Origin: Candidatus Marinacidobacterales bacterium
GTDB taxonomy: Bacteria > Acidobacteriota > Vicinamibacteria > Marinacidobacterales > SMYC01
Reading direction: 5' to 3'
NCBI GenBank assembly: GCA_965237955.1
Contig: OZ250169.1
Coordinates: 1 to 64,000 of the forward strand
Length of the DNA stretch: 64,000 nucleotides
The notes beneath the pieces are model-generated. The model had not been told where the DNA came from, searched no databases, and was given only the letters and a program-made list of their open reading frames with translations. This document shows positions 30,304-40,194 of this stretch, in pieces (the stretch's first letter is position 1; every line of letters begins with the position of its first letter). A program made the position numbers and the translations under genes.

Positions 30304-30460
30304 TGCGTATTCCGGGACATCGTGAACGCAGATTCCAGCCGAAGGTGAACATCCATTCCAAAGTATCGTGAACACGGATTCCGGGGATCGTGAACATCGA
30401 TTCCGGGGAAGGTGAACACGGATTCCAGGCAACGTGAACGCCGGTTCCGGCATCGCGAAC
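30304..30460 (+). repeat. About seven 21-23-bp tandem repeats (gtgaac-N4-ttcc) at the IS21 left end
   Basis: Six gtgaac and one gcgaac at near-constant period, with no unique spacers. Confidence 0.85.
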
Positions 30461-31304
30461 GCTCATCGATAGCACGTTTCAAGGCAACTCTAGGTCGTAC
30501 CCGGAAGGAGGACGATCTAGGAAATGGCAGCTAAGAGGTTATCGATGAGAAAAATACGAGAGGTTCTAAGGTTAAAGTACGAGCTGGGTTTTACTCACCG
30601 CATGATCGCAAAGGCACTTCGCGTGGCGGTTGGAACGGTGAGTGAGTACCTGGCCAAGGCGAAGAAGGGTGGTCTGAGCTGGCCGCTCCCGGAGGAGCTG
30701 AGCGAAGGGGAGCTGGAGGCAGGGCTGTTTCCGCCGCCGGGCTCGTCTGGCGCACGGCCGGGTCTGGACTATGCCCACATCCACGAGGAGCTGAGGCGTC
30801 ACCGAGAGATGACGTTGCTGCAGCTGTGGGTGGAGTACGCGGAGAATAAGCCGGGAGCGTACGGCTACAGCCGTTATTGCGAGCTGTACGGTCAGTGGAA
30901 GAAGAAGCTGAACCCGACGATGCGTCAACGGCATCGAGCAGGCGAGAAGACATTCGTCTATTTTTCGGGGAAGAAGCCTCACATCGTCGATCCGAAAACG
31001 GGAGAGCTCGTCGAAATGGAGCTGTTCGTCGGGACGTTGGGCGCGAGCAGTTACACCTACGTCGAAGCGACACTGAACCAGTCGCTGGAATCGTGGGCGA
31101 AGGCCCATAAGGGGATGTCGGATTACTTCGGTGGCAGTACGGAGATCTGGGTTCCGGACAACTTGAAGAGCGGCGTGGATTTGGTGGACCGTTACGAGCC
31201 AGGGATCAACCGGACGTACGAAGAGATGGCGACGCATTACGGTGCGGTTGTGGTCCCGGCTCGGGTGTTCAAGCCGAAAGACAAAGCGAAGGTGGAGTCG
31301 GCAG
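30304..31304 (+). mobile_element. istA: IS21-family left end and truncated istA (from 30524), cut by IS5 copy 3
   Basis: TG end with internal repeats; MRKIREVLRLK, YSRYCELY, VPDNLKSGV, KPKDKAKVE. Confidence 0.88.
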
Positions 31305-32391
31305 TGCCTTGGTGCACAACTCGCGATCTCGGTCCACAATTGTCCTTTACTCACGGATTCGAGGTTCCCCATGAGCATTTTCAAACGCACTCAGCGGAAG
31401 TATGTGAAGAAGGCCTATCGCGTGAGGAATTGGCGTGAATATGAGGCGGGTCTACGCAACCGTGGGAGCCTGACCGTCTGGATCTCGCTCACCGCCGGCA
31501 AGCTTGTGAACTGGGACGCGCCCCGGCCGAGGAGGAGGAAACCGGGCCGTCAACGCAAGTACTCGAACCACGCCATCGAGACGGCTGTCACCCTGGGCAT
31601 GGTGTTTCATCTGTCATCTAGGCAGAGCGAGGGATTGCTGCGATCGTTGTTCGCTCTGATGAAGCTAGACAATGATGTGCCCGATCACACCACGATCTCG
31701 AGGCGCAAGGCGAAGCTGGGTAAGGTCCCCTTCTACCAAGACAAGCAGAAGACGCCGTTGCACATCTTGATCGACAGCAGCGGTCTCGCTGTCCACGCCG
31801 GCCAGCTGCGCAGAGCACCAAAGAGCAGGGACTATCGCAAGCTCCATCTGTGTGTCGACGAGCAGACTGGCGAAGTCGTCGCCGGCGAGCTGACGAGCAA
31901 AAGAGCCCGCGATTCATCGCGGGTTGCATCGCTTGTCGGACAGATCGACAGTCCCATCTCATCGGCCAGAGCTGACACCGCATACGACGCCGGCGGCGTC
32001 TATGAGGCAATCGAGAATCACAGCGCTCATTGCTCGCCGAGGGTGCTGATACCGCCGCGCAAGGGCGCCCAGCTCGCATCGGGGCCGGCGAGCAGCCGAC
32101 AGCGCAATCGCAACATTGCAGCACAAGCTCGGCTCGGCAAACGAAAGTGGCACACAGAATCGGGCTACAGCAAACGGAGCAAAGTCGAGACAACGTTCCA
32201 TCGCTACAAGGCTATCGTGGGCTCAGCGATGCGAGCGAGAGGGTTGGCGGCACAGAGAGTCGAGGCAAGGATCGGGTGCAAGATTCTCAACACCATGACG
32301 GCGCTCGGGATGCCTGATAGCGAGATGACCGGATGATGGGAGTCGGGGCCAAGCGAGCTCTCGGCCTCTATCGGAGTTGTGCACCAAGGCA
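31305..32391 (+). mobile_element. IS5-family element copy 3; transposase 31371-32336
   Basis: Same IRs and length as copies 1 and 2, a few substitutions, no target duplication. Confidence 0.95.
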
Positions 32392-32635
32392 GTATTTCAT
32401 CAACTACAACCTACCCAATGGCTGGTACCTGACCTCGGCGCCGATCCTCACGGCGAATTGGGAAGTGGACGACGATCGCTGGCTCGTGCCCTTCGGAGGA
32501 GGCTTTGGAAAAATCTTTCGCATCGGACGCCAGCCTCTCAACGCAAGCGCCCAGGTGTTCTATAACGTGGAGACGCCCGAGGATGGACCGGACTGGGCTC
32601 TCCGCCTCCAGCTCCAATTGCTCTTTCCAAAGTAA
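32392..32635 (+). pseudogene. C-terminal fragment of an outer-membrane beta-barrel protein
   Basis: YFINYNLPNGWYLTSAPILTANW...VPFGGGFGK...LRLQLQLLFPK; 5' part lost at IS5. Confidence 0.7.
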
Positions 32636-32749
32636 AGGAAGGCCGATGTCCGTTGTCCATCGCACCAGAAGGATAAGGCTCACCAGAGTCAGACAGGACA
32701 GACCTCTCCACATGCGCGAATGGAGGCTCATGGCACTCGCCCTGGTGAA

Positions 32750-33955
32750 CTAGGTCGCCGTTTTCTTCTCTAAAACGAACTTCTGGAGGCGCCGTCCCGT
32801 GTTCACTTCGCCGGTGTAGATGTTGCCGTGTGAGTCCACTGCTATTTTGTGCACCCAATGGAACTGACCGGCGGAGCGGCCGCGGCGTCCGAACGAACCG
32901 AGAATCTCCAGGTCTTCTCGTCGCAGGATCCAGACTCGCTGGTTGACTCCATCGGCGTTATAGAGAAACGTCTGCTTCTCATCTGGTGAAAAATCCACAT
33001 CCCACGCCGATCCGCGTCCGAACGTGGTGTCCTTAGCGATAATAACCTCTTTCACGAAGGTGCCGTCTTTTTGGAAGACCTGAATACGGTTGTTGACGCG
33101 ATCCGCCACATACACGAGCCCGTCGTTCGCGATCCGAACCGAGTGCACGACGGGAAAGAACTGCTGTGAGGGGGGAGCGCTCGGATCGTAGGGGCCGAGA
33201 TCGGTATCGTCCGGAGTGTTTCCGTACGCTCCCCAGTGCCGCTTGTACTCCCCCGTATCCGCGTCGAAAACGATCACGCGCCTGTTCAGATAGCCGTCGG
33301 TCACGTAGACTTCGTTCGTCTCGGGATCGACTTCCATGTCCGCGGGGTGTCCCAGAAACTCCGTATGGTTGCTTCCACCGGTCCTTCCAGCTTGCCCGAT
33401 CTGGAGAAGGAAAGTGCCATCACGGCTGAACTTCAGCACCTGGTGGTCTACGCACAGCGGCTCGTCGTCCCCGTGTAGGCTGTGGCCTTGTCCGGTCTCC
33501 GGGTCGCGTGAGCCTTCCCCGGCTACCCAGACGTTGCCCTGGTAATCGATCGCGAGTCCGTGCTCGATACCGGGCCAGTCGTAGCCGGACCCGGGACCAC
33601 CCCATGACTGAAGGAGATTCCCCTCCGCATCGAACTCCAGGATCGGTGGAGCCGGCATACAACAAATCGAGATGGGCGGAGACTGCGCCGCGCCCAGCTC
33701 GCCCACACCCAGGGTCCCCGGACGCTGAAGGACCAAGATGTGATCGCGCGAGTCGACGGCTATTCCGGCAATCTCTCCCACAAGCCAGTTGTTGGGCAGC
33801 GGCTTCGGCCAGAAGGGATCGACTCTGAACTGCGGTGTGCTCGTCCCCTCATCACCGGCAGTCGTCGCCTCCTCCATCGCCGCCTGTCCGCATCCCATGG
33901 CCACTACGCATAGTACAGTTGCTGCCGCTCGATAAAGAGCTTGCGCGAATTTCAT
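32750..33955 (-). CDS. NHL-repeat lipoprotein (peptidyl-alpha-hydroxyglycine lyase-like propeller), copy 1
   Basis: VDPFWPKPLP, EHGLAID, DGYLNRRV, VYVADRVNNRIQVF, GQFHWVH; lipobox AMGC. Confidence 0.85.
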   Translation of the reverse strand: MKFAQALYRAAATVLCVVAMGCGQAAMEEATTAGDEGTSTPQFRVDPFWPKPLPNNWLVGEIAGIAVDSRDHILVLQRPGTLGVGELGAAQSPPISICCMPAPPILEFDAEGNLLQSWGGPGSGYDWPGIEHGLAIDYQGNVWVAGEGSRDPETGQGHSLHGDDEPLCVDHQVLKFSRDGTFLLQIGQAGRTGGSNHTEFLGHPADMEVDPETNEVYVTDGYLNRRVIVFDADTGEYKRHWGAYGNTPDDTDLGPYDPSAPPSQQFFPVVHSVRIANDGLVYVADRVNNRIQVFQKDGTFVKEVIIAKDTTFGRGSAWDVDFSPDEKQTFLYNADGVNQRVWILRREDLEILGSFGRRGRSAGQFHWVHKIAVDSHGNIYTGEVNTGRRLQKFVLEKKTAT

Positions 33956-34358
33956 GATTCCCTCCTGATAAAATGATCGGGCCATTCATCCCCGGCTCGG
34001 CCCCATTGCCGGCTGATGGTATGCGAGAAGAAGGCTCCAGGCAAGCGCCTGTCACGCCGGTCGGCGAGCAATCCGACCCGCCGTGCGCCACGACTCTATG
34101 TTCGCCCATCGCGCCCACCTCGGTGCCGATGCGGCAAGACTCGTGCGTCCAAAACACCCCGCCCGCCGCCATAAAGCTCCTATCTTCGACCACGTCTGAG
34201 CAAGCCATCGCTGACAATCCCGATGCCACTCCCGTCTTCGAACCCAGCATTCCGTCTCGCAAAACCACGTATTTCCGGATTATACTTCCTACCGATCAAA
34301 TGGCCATCGGTGTTGAATTCTTGGGTTCAATCGAAAAACAAAGAAGGGATGGATCGAC

Positions 34359-35252
34359 ATGCTGACTGCGGAGACACTTCGAGGGATTTACTCGGCTATC
34401 GTCACGCCGTTCAAGAGCGACCAGAGCATCGACGAGCAAGCCCTTCGTAAGCAAACGGAATACGTGATCGAGAATGGCTGCCACGCGATTATGTCAACCG
34501 CCGGAACGGGTGAATTTCCGCACATGAGCCGCGAGGAACGGAAGGAAGTTACGGCCATCATCGTTGATCAGACGGGCGGTCGGATTCCGATCATTGCGGG
34601 AACGGCCGGGTGCAGTACCCACGAGGCCATCTGCCTAGCCCAGGACGCCCAGGAGGTTGGCGCCTCGGCCGCCATCCTGACCCCGACCTATTACTTCAAG
34701 ATCCCCGCATCTGGCTTGAAGCAACATTTTTCCGACGTGGCCAGAGCGCTCGACATTCCGGTGGTAATCTACAACAACCCGCTTTATACCGGAAATCCCA
34801 TGTCCCCCCAGCTTATGGCGGACATCATGCAGCATCCGAACATTATTGGGGGAAAGCTCAGTCAGGACGACATGGGTCAACTTGTCGAGACTATCCGCTT
34901 GACGTCTGGTCAGGTTTCCGTGAATACGGGAATCGATAGCCAGTTCTATCCGGCCCTGTGCGTGGGTTCGCGGGGCATCTTTTCGACCGCCTCGTGCGTG
35001 ATCCCTCAAGCGATGGTGGATATTTACGATCACTTCAGGGCGGGACGACATGAGGAAGCGCGCGAGCTCCACATGAAGGTGCAAGTGCTCAACCGTTTCC
35101 TCGAATACGACCCTGGTTATGTGGCCCCCGCCAAAGAAGCCCTGGAGATGCTAGGCATTCCTTGCGGCGCTCCTCGTAAACCCCTTCCCAATCTCACCCC
35201 GGAAGAGCGGGAGGGCGTGAAGAACGCACTCAAGGAACTCGGGATGCTATAA
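34359..35252 (+). CDS. Dihydrodipicolinate synthase / N-acetylneuraminate lyase family protein
   Basis: AIVTPF, GTGEF, IIAGT, IYNNP, Schiff-base Lys in IIGGKLS. Confidence 0.88.
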   Translation: MLTAETLRGIYSAIVTPFKSDQSIDEQALRKQTEYVIENGCHAIMSTAGTGEFPHMSREERKEVTAIIVDQTGGRIPIIAGTAGCSTHEAICLAQDAQEVGASAAILTPTYYFKIPASGLKQHFSDVARALDIPVVIYNNPLYTGNPMSPQLMADIMQHPNIIGGKLSQDDMGQLVETIRLTSGQVSVNTGIDSQFYPALCVGSRGIFSTASCVIPQAMVDIYDHFRAGRHEEARELHMKVQVLNRFLEYDPGYVAPAKEALEMLGIPCGAPRKPLPNLTPEEREGVKNALKELGML

Positions 35253-35288
35253 CACGGCTGCCAGTGCGCCAGTTGGAGGAGAGATCCC

Positions 35289-36870
35289 ATGCGCGGAGCC
35301 GATGTGCTCCTTTGAGGACGGTGCCGCCATCACACTCGATCGTGCCTCACGCATCGCCGAGGCTGTGGCGGTGCGTGATGGGGAGGTGCCCCCACCATAG
35401 TTGAAGGTTCGAGGTGGTGGCGGCTCCTGACACATGGTTTACCCGACTTTGGCGTGCTTGTCGAGCGCTTGATTCTCAGTGACCTCCGCTAACTTCGCTT
35501 CGAGGATCGGTAGCGATTGGTATCCAATGATACGACGGAAATTTTTCTCCGTGGCGAGCAGAGCCGAAGCGGCCCATCTCAGAACCATCTTGCCATTGCG
35601 CCAGCGGGTGACGCGAACGGGTACGACCTCGCGCACCGCTGAAGCACGACTCGATGATGTTCGTCGATCCAAGGCAGCGTTTCAGAGATGCGGGGAGGTC
35701 GAGCTCGTTGATGGTGAACATCTCGTCGAGCCCCTCCCGGATGCTCTCCGCCGCCGAGGGGTAGTCGTCCTCGAGCCACTTCGCCTGTTGCTCCAACCGC
35801 GCTTTGCCCTTCTTTGCTGGGAGCTGCCAGGCCGAACGCAGGCTCGCTTGCACTTGCGGCTTCAGCTCCTGCGGCAGATAACCGAGCACATTGCGCTCCT
35901 TGTGCTTCCTGCAACGCTGGACCTTGTTGTGGGTACCGAACACAGCGTCGACGGCGACCCGTAGCGCCTTGGAGCCATCGATCACGAACAGCCGACACCG
36001 CTCTGGGCTCAGGCCTCGTTCGACCAGGTCCTCCAGCAGCGCCTTGCACACTATCTGGTTCTCCGATGCTCCATCCCGAAGCCCCAGAACATGCTTGTAT
36101 CCCTCTGTATCTACGCCGATTGCCGCCAGCGCGTGGTGCTCGCCGAAGCGAATCCCGTCCAGGTACACGACCGCGATCTCCAGCTCGTCCAGCGGACGCT
36201 CCATCAGCCCCTGCAACTGCTCCGCGCTTGCTTCCACGAACTCACGGCTCACCTCGCTCTTGCTAACCCCTACCGTCTCCGCCATCTCGGGAAGAACCGA
36301 CGCGTACTTGCGCGTCGACACACCCAGCATCAGGATTTCCCAGATGCGTTGGCTCAGCCGAGACGAGTTGTTCACCGCTTCGTAGGCAGGAATCGCAACC
36401 TCCCCTCCCTCTGCCTTTCCCTTACGCCGCAGACGTGGCCGGCTCACTCTCAACTTCCGCTCCGCAAGGCTTACTACGCCACCCTGCCGGCCGTGCCAGC
36501 GAACATCGCTACCCTTCTTCCCCAGGTGTTTCTCCCCAGCCACACTTTGGGCTGACAGATCCAAGACCGCTTCGATCGTCGCTCGGCCAGCAACGTCGAT
36601 CACTTCGTCGATCGCTATCTCGGTTCGCTCAATCGCATCCAAGAACGGCAACAGAGCTTGCCCCTTCGAGCTCAGTATCTCTCGAAGCTTCTTCCTGTTC
36701 TTCGCATCGATGATTTGGTAATTTGACATCGTGGTGGCTCCTTTCTTTTTCCTTCACAGCCGGATTCTATCGAACCCGGCCTTAGGAGCCGCCACTCCTA
36801 ACCTTCAACTATCTCAGGGGCATCTCCCGTGATGGGCGCATCCTTGCGGTGGGCCCAGCGGCGCTTCGTC
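35289..36870 (+). pseudogene. Amidohydrolase N-terminal stub interrupted by IS256
   Basis: ADVLL/..ITLDRASRIAEAVAVRDG|RILAVG reads across the target duplication. Confidence 0.6.
35382..36827 (-). mobile_element. IS256 second type, copy B; +1 frameshift near 35616; target duplication CGTGATGG
   Basis: Near-identical to 25781-27225; duplication at 35374-35381 and 36828-36835. Confidence 0.93.
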
Positions 36871-36914
36871 AGGCACTCATTGCTTATCCCTGATTCCTTA
36901 TGCCCTATTAGGAG

Positions 36915-38321
36915 GTGAACATGGCGCCCGAAGACGTGGCTTTTTCGAGTGTGACCCAGCTGGCACCCCAGGTCCGATCCAGAAAAGTGTCGCCGGTTGA
37001 GCTAACTCAGCTCTACCTCAACCGGATCAAGCGGTTAGATCCTCAACTGCTGGCGGTCATCACCCTGACCGAAGAGCTCGCCCTTCGTGAGGCGCGGCAA
37101 GCAGAACAGGAGATAGCCAGCGGTCACTACCGAGGACCACTCCATGGCATTCCGTACGGAGTGAAGGATTTGCTGGACACCAAGGGTATCCGCACCACCT
37201 GGGGGATCAAACACCACGAAAACCGTGTGCCCGTCGAGGACGCCACAGTGGTCACCAAGCTTCGCCAGGCGGGCGCCGTTCTGATCGCCAAGCTGACGAT
37301 GGGCGAGCTGGCTCGAGGAGCACGATGGTACGGAGGTACGACCCGCTGTCCCTGGGACACCACGCGCTCCAGTGGCGGTTCCTCAGCGGGACCGGGCGCT
37401 GCCACGGCGGCGGGGGCGGTAGGTTTTTCCATTGGTAGTGAGACCTTCGGCTCGCTTCTGGGCCCGTCGGCAGCCTGTGGCGTCACTGGCCTCCGGCCCA
37501 CCTATGGCCGGGTGAGCCGGGCGGGGGCGATGGCGCTCTCCTGGAGCATCGACAAGCTCGGTCCAATGTGTCGCAGCGTTGAAGATTGCATGACCGTTTT
37601 CGAGGCGATTCGCGGATCGGACCCGAGAGACCTTTGCGCCATCGATATGCCGCATCAATGGGATCCCAGCGTGCCCATCGACAATCTTCGCGTGGGTGTC
37701 GTCGAGCAGGAGTTCCAAGCCCTGGGCGGCGAGAAAGAAACCGTCATGAGCCAGGCGCTCGAGGACATTGAGAAGCTGGGCGTGAGGCTAAAACCGATCC
37801 AGCTTCCTGACTATCCCTATCAGGAGGTTTTTCAGATGGTAAGGGGGGCCGAGGCGGCGGTATTCTTTGAGGACCTCATTCTCGAAGATCACCTCGACTC
37901 GCTCAGTGATGATGCCCCCAGGGCATGGAAGAACCTGCTGCCGATAGCTCGACTAACTCCGGCAGTGCACTATCTCAAAGCCCAACAACTTCGCACTCTG
38001 ATGCAGGCGGATGCCAATCGGCTCATGCAAGAGGTCGACGTGTGGCTCGCACCGGCGGGCGGGCCGGCCCGTCTCGTCGAGCGGCCGCGCCCGGAATCGC
38101 CGGCCGCCAGGCCGTCGGCCCCACCGCGGGCGCCGGCGAAAACACTTCCGTTGACGAACCTCACCGGACAACCGGCCATCTGCGTCACGGCGGGTTTCGT
38201 GGGGGAACTTCCAGTGGGAATTCAATTTGTAGGCCGCAACTTTGATGAAGCGACGCCTTGTAGGCTTGCTCTGGCGTATCAGGAAGCCACCGGGTGGCAC
38301 CAGCACCATCCTAATTTGTAG
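36915..38321 (+). CDS. Amidase signature family enzyme (GatA-like)
   Basis: GPLHGIPYGVKD, GGSSAGPGAA, GSETFGS, GLRPTYGRVSR. Confidence 0.9.
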   Translation: MNMAPEDVAFSSVTQLAPQVRSRKVSPVELTQLYLNRIKRLDPQLLAVITLTEELALREARQAEQEIASGHYRGPLHGIPYGVKDLLDTKGIRTTWGIKHHENRVPVEDATVVTKLRQAGAVLIAKLTMGELARGARWYGGTTRCPWDTTRSSGGSSAGPGAATAAGAVGFSIGSETFGSLLGPSAACGVTGLRPTYGRVSRAGAMALSWSIDKLGPMCRSVEDCMTVFEAIRGSDPRDLCAIDMPHQWDPSVPIDNLRVGVVEQEFQALGGEKETVMSQALEDIEKLGVRLKPIQLPDYPYQEVFQMVRGAEAAVFFEDLILEDHLDSLSDDAPRAWKNLLPIARLTPAVHYLKAQQLRTLMQADANRLMQEVDVWLAPAGGPARLVERPRPESPAARPSAPPRAPAKTLPLTNLTGQPAICVTAGFVGELPVGIQFVGRNFDEATPCRLALAYQEATGWHQHHPNL

Positions 38322-38351
38322 CCAATACAATAGAAAGGAAGGGTAGACGAG

Positions 38352-38630
38352 ATGAGTCAGGTAGGACGACGAGCTTTTACCGCGGCCCTAGGGAGCCTCA
38401 TGTTGTCTCCGGCTCTGCTTGAGTCCGCCACCCAGGAGATCCGGGATACCGGAGCGATCTCAAGAGAAACCACGGCCGCGATCCTCAAGCTAACCGGCGA
38501 CACGTTCACTGAGGAGCAGATGAACCGCACCCGCGGAGCGCTGGAGTTGCTGATCCGGGATTTCGAGGCGCTCCGGCAGTTCAAAATGCCGCCGGGCGTC
38601 GAGCCTGCAACTTGCTTTCGGGGGCGCTGA
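38352..38630 (+). CDS. Small Tat-signal protein, GatC-like amidase partner
   Basis: GRRAFTAALG twin-arginine motif; ..FTEEQM...EALRQFKMPPGVEPATCF. Confidence 0.65.
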   Translation: MSQVGRRAFTAALGSLMLSPALLESATQEIRDTGAISRETTAAILKLTGDTFTEEQMNRTRGALELLIRDFEALRQFKMPPGVEPATCFRGR

Positions 38631-38890
38631 ACCGATCTCGGCGGTCGACATTCTGTTCACTCCTTGGGATCCTCCACCACCCGGGTCGTGAACCTTGCCA
38701 TTGGGGGTTCGTGGGGAGCAGCAATGTCGCTCACGGGCTAGTTCTCGGGATTCGTGGTTTTTTTTTTGCCACTCCTATAGACTCATGCCAGGAGTTCAGA
38801 ATCCTCTACCCGTCATCGGGAGCGGCAGGTGTTTTTTTCTTGACATCGCCATTCATAGAAGGGGAGAGAGAGAACTTGTGGGAGATCAAG

Positions 38891-40147
38891 ATGACCGATC
38901 AAAGCCAACCGTTATCGATGCCGCCTGCCATGAAGTGGAGTCGGCGGCAGTTCTTCGGCGCCGGGCTCATGGGAGGCCTCTTTGGCTGCGCGCCCAACCG
39001 GGCTGACGTACCGGGCAACCTAGATAGTCGCCTGAACGGGGACAACATCTACACGCGGCTCCTGGGGGTCTATCCCCACTTGCCCTGTCACGACAACCAT
39101 ACCCGCATGGGGGGCTCTCGAATGCCCGCCGAGGTTATCGAAGCCATCGCGGAAGCCAACCGGTACTTCGTGGACATGTCCGACCTGAACATGGCCGCCG
39201 GTAAGAGGATCGCGGAAGTCGTCCATGCCGAGGCGGCGATGGTCACGTGCGGCGCTTTCTCGTCGATGGTCCTGGGAGCGGCGGCCTGCCTCACAGGGAC
39301 GGACTTGGAGAAGATGAAGGCACTACCGCAACCAACCTGGCCGAAGGTGGAGTGTCTCACCCAGAAGGCGCACCGGTTCCATTATGACCGCGCCTATCTC
39401 GCCGCGGGCATGACCGTCGTGGACGTGGAGACACGGGAGCAGTTCCGAAATGCAGTGAACGATAAGACGGCAATGATTCATGTCCTGGCCCGACTAGAGC
39501 ACGAAAGAGCCGACGAGCCCGACGTCATGAAGCCGCACGAATTTCTGGAGATCGGAAAGCGGGCAGGCGTTCCGGTTCTGATCGATGCGGCTTCGGAGCT
39601 TCCTCCCGCCGGCAACTTGACCCGCTACGGAGAGATGGGACCGGATTTGCTCGTGTTTAGCGGTGGAAAGGGGATTCGCGGGCCTCAGTCGACAGGGATT
39701 CTCGCCGGCAGAAAGGATCTCATCGAGGCGGCGATGATGCAGGCCTCACCCAATCGCAACCTGGGACGCGGGATGAAGGTAGGCAAGGAGGAGATCATCG
39801 GCCTCATCGTGGCTTTAAACCGGTACGAGCGGCTCGATCACAAGGCCCTCGAGGCGGAATGGGCCCGAAAAGCTCGCTACATGGCCGGGGAGTTGAGCGA
39901 CGTCAAGGGCCTCACGGCGGAGGTCAGGATAAACACCAAGAGATTCGCGGAGCTAGAACTCACCTGGGACGAGCAAGTCATCCCGCTCAGCCCGGAAGAA
40001 GCTCGCGACAAGCTGAACAACGGCCGGCCGCGGATAGTCATGTTCGAAACCACGGTCCCAACCCGCTGCATGGATGACGGCGAAGAGATCCTGGCCGCCC
40101 AGCTCTTGAAGCAGCTCTTCCAGGAAGGGGCGGTAGGGGTAAGCTAA
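38891..40147 (+). CDS. SelA/DgaE-like PLP-dependent enzyme with Tat (lipo)signal
   Basis: SRRQFFG...LFGC; GGSRM, IDAASE, FSGGKGIRGPQSTG, RGMKVGKEEI. Confidence 0.82.
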   Translation: MTDQSQPLSMPPAMKWSRRQFFGAGLMGGLFGCAPNRADVPGNLDSRLNGDNIYTRLLGVYPHLPCHDNHTRMGGSRMPAEVIEAIAEANRYFVDMSDLNMAAGKRIAEVVHAEAAMVTCGAFSSMVLGAAACLTGTDLEKMKALPQPTWPKVECLTQKAHRFHYDRAYLAAGMTVVDVETREQFRNAVNDKTAMIHVLARLEHERADEPDVMKPHEFLEIGKRAGVPVLIDAASELPPAGNLTRYGEMGPDLLVFSGGKGIRGPQSTGILAGRKDLIEAAMMQASPNRNLGRGMKVGKEEIIGLIVALNRYERLDHKALEAEWARKARYMAGELSDVKGLTAEVRINTKRFAELELTWDEQVIPLSPEEARDKLNNGRPRIVMFETTVPTRCMDDGEEILAAQLLKQLFQEGAVGVS

Positions 40148-40194
40148 CGAGCTTCGGTTGGTTGATCCGTAAGTACAACGTAAGGAGCACAAGA

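Noticed and set aside
30304-30460. CRISPR-like periodic repeats
   Set aside because: The period of about 22 bp leaves no unique spacers, there are no cas genes, and the repeats sit at the IS21 left end.
36915-38630. gatCAB tRNA amidotransferase operon
   Set aside because: There is no gatB, the order is reversed, and the small protein has a Tat signal.
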